From Ginkgo biloba (lineage: Eukaryota > Plantae > Ginkgophyta), in NCBI GenBank assembly GCA_024626585.2, contig JANKJI020000002.1, forward strand, positions 44,886,014 through 44,903,244: a DNA stretch of 17,231 nucleotides, written 5' to 3'. The first letter of the stretch is position 1. Each line of letters begins with the position of its first letter. Shown here piece by piece: positions 7,323 through 17,231 of this stretch. The notes under the pieces are model-generated. The model was given only the letters and a program-made list of their open reading frames with translations. It did not search any database and was not told the origin of the DNA. A program made the position numbers and the translations under genes.

Positions 7323-10300
7323 GTTGGTACCTTTTCTTATCATGTTTGTTTCTTTCTGTTGGATGTCATTCAAATTCCATTTCCTTATTGCCAGTTAATA
7401 GCGATACATGCCTGATGTCATGTGAATTATTTCTTGTTGGATCTATTTCTTATTCATTTTGCTCATAAAATTAAATCTATCCAGGATACTCACAAAAATG
7501 TGTCCTTAAATGACATTCCTGTTAAGTTATCCCTTCTATGAATCAGTTTGGGAATAAATGGCCGTGCGTTTCATTGTCATTTTAATATAATGAAAATCAC
7601 TTGCAGTTCACTAATTCTGTTAACACATGGCTGTTAGCCTTATGATCACATGGTGTAATGTCAAATTCACAAAGGCCGATGTTAACATTGCAAAGTAGGA
7701 CAAGCAAAGAAACCCTTTCCACAATTCAAAATTCAGCGATTCCTTCTGTTCTGTCCTGAGCTTGAAGACCACCTCTGCAAAATTCCTAATGCATCCTCAT
7801 CCCAAGCCTTTCATCCTGTCAAACAGGTATTTTTACCTCTTGATTTTCCATATCGATGTTTCTATTGATTTATCTTAAACCTTAAGTAATGAATATAGCT
7901 TGTGCATGATAAGTTGATGGAAGTCTGATCCCTCCATATTACTGTATTGTTAATCATTTAAAAGCTTCATCCATGAGATGCAATGCACACATTAACTGGG
8001 TTCTTGCACCCAACTAATTGGGGTTGCAAACACAGGCTGGGTATAGGTGGCTTATCTGGAATTACCTTAGATTGTTTGTGAGAACCTCTATGCACCTGAT
8101 GCAACCCACAGAATAACCATACCCAAATCTTTTATAAAAATGGAATAGTCTTTAAGTAGACTAATTGAAGATATGCACTACCATTTTTTCGAAAAAAACA
8201 CCAAATATACTAATAAATGAAATATTTGCATTGAAGGCTTTTTCTGGAGCAGTAGTAGATGAGATTGATTATTACTTCAACAGCCAGTGCAGTATACATA
8301 GTTTCGTTGCAAACTACTTGGGACAGCATTACACATATTCTGCCAGAAATATAAACAAACTATATAAGATTATTAACCTATAGACAAATTATAGAAGATT
8401 TACAATTGGTCAGCACAAACATATTCATTATCCTCTGTTTCAAACNNNNNNNNNNTTGCCAAAGATGATGCTGATAGGAATCTTGTCTTTTTGATATCAG
8501 CATGTGAGACCTTGTGTGATGCAACCAACCAATGCACCCCTTGCAAAGTTTCAAGGTGAAGCTAGATGTAGAAATGCACATTGTATACCAATAGCTTTGC
8601 AAGTAAACAAATGGGGAGAGCTCTAATTCTGTTTTTGATAGCAAACAATACACAAAGTACTTATTAGTGTGAGGGCACCTTTNNNNNNNNNNNNNNNNNN
8701 NNNNNNNNNNNNNNNNNNNNNNNNNNNNNNNNNNNNNNNNNNNNNNNNNNNNNNNNNNNNNNNNNNNNNNNNNNNNNNNNNNTAAGCACTCTTTATAGAA
8801 CTTGTGTCAACTCTCTAGTTAAGCAAGGGTTAGTGCAACAAAGCGTCCTATTCTATAATGAAATCATCTTGGAGCTCTACTTTAAAGAATTGGGTTTATA
8901 AAGGATGGCATGTCATGGACCTAAAGGGACTTGTATGCTAGATGTTCCCCTAATTGTTAGTCAAAAATATCTAATAGAAGGTGCTACACTAGATCATATA
9001 TGAGGGAACCTTGGTCCCTTATAAACATATGAAGGTAAGTTTGGATAATTATGTCCTCCAAATTTGGCGATGAGTATTTTGTAGAATTCATCCACATTGC
9101 TTGTGGAAGAAAAATATCCATCTTTCGGACATAGAGATCATTTAGGTTGTCTATCTAAGCCACAACAAAATCATGCTAGTAGTGTTTCCTTAGTTTGTAA
9201 TATCAATTGTTCCACTATGATTGGAGCTTTTCTCTTCTTTTGCACAATCTTCTTCAGGGAAATTTTTGTGTTTAAGATTTTGTAGTTGGTAAAACTTTTT
9301 CGTTGGTTATAATTGTTGTTGGAATTCTCCAAATTTCCTATTGTTTTCAATTGGAAGACTCTTTCCTCCTCAGAGTTGAAGGCCAACTAGGTCTCCATAG
9401 CGTAACACTGGACATCTAAACCAATTAGGGTTTACATTGTTATGCAATTATATCTTTAGTTACCTAGGCCTTCTACTGTCCAACAAACCCTCCATTAGGG
9501 GTTTTCACTAAGTTGCAACCATCATGGTCTATTAAATTGCTGGTTCTACTTCATTTTTGCAAGGCGAAGTTTTTGGAATGACAAAGTGTGTTTAATTTGA
9601 CTATGGTTCAAAAACATCATTAGAGATTAAGATCTAAATTTATTTTTTCTTCAAAAGGTGTCAAGAGATAATTTTAAGTCCAAAACTATCCTTTTAGAGT
9701 AGGTTGAAGTGATTTTATCACTCAAAATGTTAGTCATTGCTATATAAAACCAATTCTAAGGTAGGGTGTAGTGAAATAATTTATGTTGATTTGTAGTAGA
9801 AGCTTATCAATGCTAGTTATTGAGCTTCCAAGGTCTTTCAATGATAAGGCAAAGTGAAACATTACCTCCAAGTCAAATTGCAATTGAGGATGAGTTCTCC
9901 AATTTGCTATATTTTTAAAGATGATACCTATAGATGGAAATAGAAGAAGAAGAATGATCATGATTATAACAATTCCAAAACAATCTTTAAGTGCAAAGCA
10001 AAATATGAATGTATTGTTTGAATCATTGATACATGCATACAGTTGAAATCTATCATCCAATTCATGCATTTAATTCAATGGAAAAGGAAAAGAGAATTGT
10101 AATGGAAATTACAATGCAATTAACACATTAAAAAATCCATTCAATTCATCTATTTGTCTGAGCAATAACACTCATCCACAACACATAATATAGCCCTAGG
10201 CTCAAGTTGTTAATCTAGTGGCGACATGGAATTTTGTTTGTGGCATGGTTGTTGTCTCCAGGTGGGGGACTCTAGTTGGGGAGTCGCCTCCTCTTATCAA

Positions 10301-12699
10301 ATGACCAAAGTAGGTGTTCTTGAGATTTTTGTTGGGGTGTGGATTAGATTTGTGTTGGACCCTATCCATTGCAATGCTCTTGACTGGAACTCTCATTCAT
10401 GTAATAAAAGGAAGTGATTTGTCTATCCCTTCTCCTAGTAGTCATAGTAGTGGGTGTTGATAGTTTCTAGCAGAAGAGAGTAATCTCCAATAGGAAAAGA
10501 GACACACACCTCTGGTCTGGGTATCTAAAGAAACTTGGGAGGGACTCCCAAGAGTCTTAGAAAAGGAAATAATATCTCTCTCACATATTAGAATAGTCTT
10601 GACATTTGAAAACAAAATGATCCTTTGACCTTATCTCCAAGGAGCATATTCAACATATCTACAAACTCCGGTCAATGAAGTGGTTGGTCTCTACCTAGAA
10701 GTAGTGAGAGCATAATCATATCTACCACATCGTGTAATAGTCTGGTCTTTAACCAACATCAAAAGGTTAGTTAAATCATTTCAATCACATAGCATGAAAT
10801 AACAATAGATAATAATTAAAGTAATCCATAATAAAATCCTAATTACTATCACACCAAATTATAGAATATCCATGTTTACAATATCATTTCATTTTTTCCT
10901 ATGAATGTTTTACTTATATATGAGTTTAAATATCACCACGGTATTAGACTTGCATTAGAATCTAGAATAAATGATAAAGCATTTAAGTCATTGCTTAAGC
11001 CTTTTTTCAAACATATGACTTTATTTTAATTATTCTAATACACCTATGAATAAGCATAATAAGCATTTACAAATCTAGATCATAATAAGTATCAACAAAT
11101 ATATGGATAATATTTTACTATTTCCCTTATTGATTTTAATCGATATGTATAAAAGCATGATAACTTCTTATGTATTTCAAATATAAATACTACCAACTAA
11201 AAAATACTAAATATTTATAACTTAGAAAAGTGGCAATTAAGGATCCCTTAAAGATATGGTAGTCTTCCTCTAATTATATGCAAGCTCTTTGATATATTAT
11301 TTCAAGACTCATGATCCACTATGTTTTAAAACTTATAATCTGGTCTTTCCTTAAGAAGTTATAATTTTTTAACCTTGATATTTTTATTATAACATTTATC
11401 TCCATGATTTTTTTTTCAATTTAAGTATTTTTCTCCTACAAATGGACCTCCAATATAAATAAGGATATATAATACTTTATCTTTTAATAAGTAAACATTT
11501 TTTACCCATGATGAAGTCCATCATAACTTCTATCATATTTACACACAAAAAGTAATGGAAAAAAAATGAAATGATATTGAATAAAGTAAGCAATCAACTT
11601 GCTTACATGTTTTTGGTATTATATATCATTAATGTGTAATCATTTAAATATTTAGTTTCTCATTTTTATAATGGAAGGAATGCATTCTATGACCTTTAAT
11701 TAAATGTGCTAATAATATTTACTTATCTATGGTTCTTAGAGAAGAAGAATATATGCGTACCTAATTACTAATTCAAAACCATTATGTTCACATCTATTTA
11801 GACTTTTTTATAATTTATTTGTTCATTTAATGTTTCTTTCAAACCTTCACCCATATTTTATTTTGTATTGAAACCTTATTCAAAACTGATTTCGTTGCAA
11901 ATGATAAACATGATATATATTTCTCTTCCGACACCATACTAATATAAAGAGATAATAGAATGCAACATGTCAGATAATTATTGTAAATAATCCATGAATA
12001 AAGGAACAATATATAGATGGAAAAAAATGGATCTAAATCAGCTCAAAATTATATCGATGATCACCCTTCTACTTTCCATTAGTCTCATAATTGTCATCAT
12101 TAGATAGAAGAAACCCAATAACTCCATAATTCCATTGATACACCTCTTAAGGGAGACATGCCCCATCCTTCATTAACTATAGTTATTAACTACTATTGGA
12201 TAGTAGTCTAAGTATTTATAACCAACCATTATTTTTTTATGACATACATTCANNNNNNNNNNNNNNNNNNNNNNNNNNNNNNNNNNNNNNNNNNNNNNNN
12301 NNNNNNNNNNNNNNNNNNNNNNNNNNNNNNNNNNNNNNNNNNNNNNNNNNNNTGATCCAACTTCAGAATGAGAAGTCTATTGGTTTCTTAGTGGAGCACT
12401 TCTTTCTCACTGGGGAGAAGGGAATCTTTCCAACATATTGTCGCCCTTCCTTGGTTGAGTTTTCCATACTCACTAAGGACGAAGGAGGCCACCTATCGAA
12501 GTTCCCATGTATAGATAAGTGACTCTATCAGAGTTGAGTTAAGAAAAGTTGTGTGCTTATTGTTTGTATAGAAGAAAAATGGTTATGTTTTGGACTCATA
12601 AGGTGGTCGAAGATGACTTGAGTCTGATTGCGAATGAGTGGGCTTAGTTTACTACTAATGTGGATAGCTGAACTTTTGTTGAGGTATTAATTCTTATAG

Positions 12700-13351
12700 G
12701 TTCTTGGGCATAGAAAAGTTGCTAAGATGCCCATCATCTATATGGAGCACCCAACAATTGTGGAACTTTTAAGGAGGTATGAATTTGGGGCTCTAGATGT
12801 AGGGTCTACGCAATTGTCCATAGATGCCAACACAATTGCCATAGTATTCAAGCTCTCAAACTATGGAAAGGCGGTTGACCCTTGTGCCAAGGGAAAAAAT
12901 ACAACGAAGGAAAAAATTATGAAAGAATTATAACTTGATTGTAATGAAATTGACATATATAGTTGGTCAAATGTATTCATCATTTTTGCTATTTGAAATT
13001 CAACGACATTATGGGCAGCCAGAAAGATTGCTAAGAGACAATGCTATTTTGAATGGAAGATTTATTTGAGTATATAGTGGACAACAATAGTAGACCGAGT
13101 AGTGCTAGGAGAAGTGTACGATTGGGCACAATGGTATCTTGACAAACTCAAATTAGTCCTGCACTTTGATGCAACAAACTTGCCAATATTTTTCAGCACC
13201 CACTATTATGTACATATTGATGATGAAGTTAATGGAAAGGCTAGATTGGGTTAGCCTTGATGTTTCGCCTAGGTGCAAGGCTTATGCTATCCTAGATAGA
13301 TATTTACCTCACCTAGAGGATGAGGTTGCATTAGGCTCAACATTTAAGTAA
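12700..13351 (+). pseudogene. Relic of a probable retrotransposon accessory ORF
   Basis: Frameshifted protein-like pieces: KVAKMPIIYMEHPTIVELLRRY...LSIDANTIAIVFKLSNYG, IVDRVVLGEVYDWAQWYLDKL, FSAPTIMYIL. The pattern recalls extra ORFs of plant gypsy elements; family not confirmed. Confidence 0.45.
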
Positions 13352-14826
13352 TGCTTCTTTACCCAATTGAGAACTCTGAATAAAAGAGTGGCATTGGTCA
13401 CCTCCTTATTCGAGCATGTGAAAGAAACAATGGGTAGAAGAAGATGCCTTATGTGGGGCAAATATTAAAGGTTGGCCGACAAGGAAACATTTTGTTCCCT
13501 TCTTGTCTATGGAAGGGAGAAATTGAGAATATAATTTCGGAGATGAAGGTCATCCTACAAACTGATCCTTGGGCATGCTAAAATGTGCATGTGATCCAAA
13601 ATATGGAGGTAAACAAGCCCATCTTTCCCCTGAACCAACAATTTCTATGGGAGAAACATTTGATCCGGGATCGAAGGAAGGATCCAAATGTTGTAATTCC
13701 AAATGACATACCTAAGGTGGTTTAATTCATGCAAATACAACTATTTGCTTAAGAATTGTATTCGAAGGCTAAGAAGAGGTCTGCTTGGTCTTCCATGACT
13801 TCATTAGTCACCGAACACAAGTCATTAATTAGGCTTGAGAATTCCCACCCTCCACCCAAGAATGCAATAGTGATTTCCACTAGCATAGCCTCTATAGTGG
13901 GAACCATTCCCTTGGGAACAACCCACTCTTCTATTGTATGGGTTGGCACCTCTATTGATGCTTCACCTTCTACTTCAAGTTCTACATTGTCCATTTATTT
14001 ATTGGGCTCAACCCATGCTTTAATTTTATCATTGTTGTCCATATAGCACCCTTGGGACAAGTGGTTGGCTAGATTTGAGGGCGGTGTGTTGTAGGCAGGC
14101 ATAGAACTTACTAAGGTGGCTTCAAGCCAGTTGAACTCTCCAAAAAAGATTTGAACGCTCTAAAAAGATTGAAGGAAAAGAGGAAAGGGCGCTTTCAACC
14201 AACATTGGACATGTTTGAAGGTGCGGTTACCACCAAGGTCATCGACAAACTTTTAATTGGATCATTGACTGAACTTACTTAGAGGGTGATCATGTTGGAG
14301 GGTGAATCAACTATACAGGAGAAATTGCAAAATAAGGAGGTCACCAATCTTAAGATAGGGATAGATTTTGTAAAGAAAGATATTGAATCAACATTTGGAT
14401 TGTCGGTTCTAGGAACATTTGTAATGGTCACTGATGGCTCGAAGGTGTTGCGGCTATACTGGTATGCACTTCAATTTACTGCCTCACCCTCATGAGGGAG
14501 TGGTTTACTGATTGGCGAAGAAGAACTCAAGAAGGATTTATAGTGGCATACTGGCTTAAGGGTCATGCTAACACTGTAGTTATCGAGCTCAAAGATGGTC
14601 AGAAAACACTGGCAGACCTACAAGAAACACATATTGCACTAGCTAAAGATCTAAGGGGGAGGATTTCTCTTTTGACCACTACCTTCTTTTCTTTTGTCTA
14701 TAGGGGTCTCTTCCCCCTGTTTGACTAAATCCTCCTTCGAGTTTGAGATGGTCTGATTATATTTAGGCGTTGGAGAGATATGGGCATGCCCCAACAATAA
14801 CTAAGCTTTTGAAATAGGGGTTCCGC

Positions 14827-14940
14827 TCAGTCTCGAGAAGCCACCCCTAGTAGGGCCCTTGCAACACTTTTCTTTTCTTTTCCATAGTCAAACAATAGTT
14901 TCATTAGCCCCTGATGGAGGGGGGCCTTTCCCTTCCCTGC
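14827..14940 (-). pseudogene. Fragment of a probable retrotransposon accessory ORF (AGKGKAPLHQGLMKLLFDYGKEK), truncated by a gap
   Basis: PLHQGL.KLL resembles repeat-derived hypothetical proteins of gymnosperms as I recall them; it lies among gypsy debris. Confidence 0.35.
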
Positions 14941-15041
14941 NNNNNNNNNNNNNNNNNNNNNNNNNNNNNNNNNNNNNNNNNNNNNNNNNNNNNNNNNNNN
15001 NNNNNNNNNNNNNNNNNNNNNNNNNNNNNNNNNNNNNNNNA

Positions 15042-15497
15042 TGGGCATTCTACACCACCAATAAAAAATCTATAGTCCATACTCTATTCCAATTGGTCTA
15101 CAACTAAGAAATTATTCTACCCATTAAATTTTAGATGCCTAACCATAGAATTTCTATTAATGCAAAATAGGATGATGAATAGTCCTTAAAAGAGAGAATG
15201 GTATAGATTAATAAGATGGAAGAAACTCATTCTATTATACTTTGGCATCAAAATATGATGCATAGGTGGATGAAGGAGGCATATGATCATAGAATCTTAG
15301 GAATGTGATTCTAGGAAGGAGACTTGGCTCTCCTTTTTGACAAAAAGTTTAAGAACGTGAAAGGGAAGTTCAAGTCATAGTGTCTTGGCCCCTACATCTT
15401 GATTCAGTTATATGATAACGGATCTACTATCTTAATAAATTTTTCTAGAGAATCCAATATAGATCATGTCAACGGTGCCTGACTTAAATTAATTTAG
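15042..15497 (+). mobile_element. Decayed Ty3/gypsy integrase, end of core plus GPY/F tail
   Basis: One frame with stops: WAFYTTNKKSIVHTLFQLVYN*EIILPIKF*MP...SLKERM...YDHRI...F*EGDLALLFD...GKFKS*CLGPYIL..LYDNGS...VNGA*LKLI*. Confidence 0.92.
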
Positions 15498-17231
15498 ACC
15501 TAACCTTTTCTTGAAGGTCACATATGTGTACTATATTATACATAATTACAAGAAATGGCACTTTCATAAAGAAAGTCCCTTCTTCTCCAATTTTGTATAC
15601 TATTGTGCCCTATTCTACATTAGTGGCACCTCAAAGGCTACTAAATGGTGCCAATTTTGACTAAGTATTGATAGTCGCAACTTTGTCCTACTATTATAAT
15701 AGTGGTCCACATTCTATCAATTGTTGCACCTTTGCGAAGGCATAACCCTATAAAAACACTCATGCATTCTCACACTTACACAAATAAAAGGCATAAGTCA
15801 CACATCCTATCACTTCAAAAAGTGCACTAAGAAAGTTGTTCAGTCATGATTGTTTATGCATCACAATCATTGTTTATGTGTTACAACTCACACTTTTGTG
15901 AATTTGACCTTGAAAGTAGGGCCAAAGTCAGTAATGAAGAGTACATTAAAATTAGCCTTGGAAGACACACGTTAAGCCTAAGCTCAATGGTGGGGCATAG
16001 TTAATCATTTTGCACATGGTTATGAAACCCCATGGTGAGGTGGTTTAGATAGAGAAAATTATGAAAGGAAAATCCAAGAGGGTCCTCTAACTAAGGGCGC
16101 CTCTCTTCAAGGAGTAATTTGAGATAATGCAGTGCCATTGAGGGTTTCTTTGGGTTTGGGGCAGCGCCAAGGTTAAGGCCATCCCTATGCAGCGTTAGTG
16201 CTCAATTTTTGGCATTAAAGGGGACTATTTGGGCTTTAGATAATTCCATAACATCATATCTTTCATCTCCTTTTCAAATCATCTTCAATAGGCAAACATT
16301 TTTTGTGCGTTCTGGTTCTATGACTGCACCCTTAGAAGTCATTATTTCTAGAACATAGTTATTTCTTTCATATCTAGAATAGGTCTATTGCATATTGTGG
16401 ATTATAATGCATATTTTCGTTGAAGAATTGCTCAAATCTAATCTCAAAGGCAAGGGAACCTCATTGAAGAGGTTAGTATGGACTTTCACTACATTGAGGG
16501 GCCTAGGGAAGCTCCAAAAGAAGTTGGAGGTCATTTCCAGCATGCAAAGACATGTTTTTGCACATGCACTGTGTCATCATTGATCCAAAAAGTTAGTCAT
16601 TGTACTTTGAGGGGCTAAATTGAGACTTTCTGGTCTAGAGAGGTATTTGGCATCTTTAGATTTTTAATTTTGACTAGTAAGTCACCATAAACTTTTAGTA
16701 ATTATTAAACCCTACTTTTTGCATTTATTTTTGCATATTGTCATAAATTAATATAAATATAATTGGCCTAAGATTTAAATTTTAGGTTATGTATGCATGC
16801 ATGAGGGGTTGTAAACCCTAGGAATGTAGAATTTGATTCCCTATAGTAGGGAATTCTTGGTCATAGAGTATTTCTATCATGTTTATGGTTGGAAATAGAT
16901 TGTTTGGATAATTAGGGTTTAGTATATTTATTATTCTCTCTTGTTTTAGGTTCATAAATGTTAGCACCCAGCATAGAGGGTGGCTTGTCTTAGTAGGGAA
17001 TCCACTAAAGGGATCTCTTGGGCATTTATGTGACTATACAAAGGAATTTATGCATTTTTGTTTGGCTTAGGACCTTACAAGACATAGCCCTTATGAGAGT
17101 TTGTTATTTATTTGGGCAAATTGACAAATAGGGTGGGGCTAACACCTTGATAACCCTCGGGGATGCTTCAATGCGATGAGGTGTGCTAGCACTCCAGATT
17201 AACTTGCATGTTTTTCTTAAGTGCATTTATT

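Larger units (their letters stand above)
2597..15040. other. Assembly gaps: 2597-2771, 3431-3440, 3673-3685, 3971-3999, 4244-4343, 6698-6797, 8446-8455, 8683-8782, 12253-12352, 14941-15040
   Basis: N-runs. Five are exactly 100 nt, a usual placeholder for unknown size, so distances and adjacency across them are unverified. Confidence 0.98.

Noticed and set aside
7485-7650. Nearby AG acceptors (ccag 7484, ttgcag 7606) as the next polymerase exon
   Set aside because: In the required phase both reach a stop within about 10 codons and show no similarity to the expected segment.
8005-8030. Imperfect hairpin ttgcacccaactaattggggttgcaa
   Set aside because: Short and mismatched, with no TSD or partner terminus; compatible with chance.
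9171-10069. ORFs 9171..9386 and 9740..10069 on the - strand
   Set aside because: No recognisable domain, and composition resembles translated AT-rich non-coding DNA.
16700-16925. Scattered AAACCCTA/TAGGGTTT telomere-like words (also near 9425)
   Set aside because: Isolated single units with no tandem array; such words are common in plant repeat and LTR-like DNA.

Overview
AT-rich plant nuclear DNA from a gapped draft assembly, with ten N-runs of which five are exactly 100 N. The repeat content and the apparently very long flanking introns suggest a large-genome non-angiosperm such as a gymnosperm or fern; this is inference. The core is a + strand block of exons (4397-4543, 4684-4839, 4944-6512, 6798-7028, 7147-7322) encoding about 760 aa from the middle of a plant-specific RNA polymerase IV/V largest subunit. 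It is closest to NRPE1 (metal A site CPPMDADFDGDCVH, plus QQIGFLGLQ, EPGSLFKNLMALLRD and AGEPVGILAATA) but keeps several NRPD1- or Pol II-like characters, so it may be a divergent NRPE1 paralogue. The large exon switches in frame at '...DIVICYD' into a Ty3/gypsy integrase tail just before a 100-N gap, and polymerase sequence resumes right after the gap. This is most likely an assembly chimera, possibly a real disruption. The flanks hold decayed non-chromovirus Ty3/gypsy sequence (RT-RNaseH-INT at 2081-4243 on the - strand, integrase at 15042-15497 on +) and relics of probable accessory ORFs. All family comparisons are to sequences recalled from memory; no searches were run.
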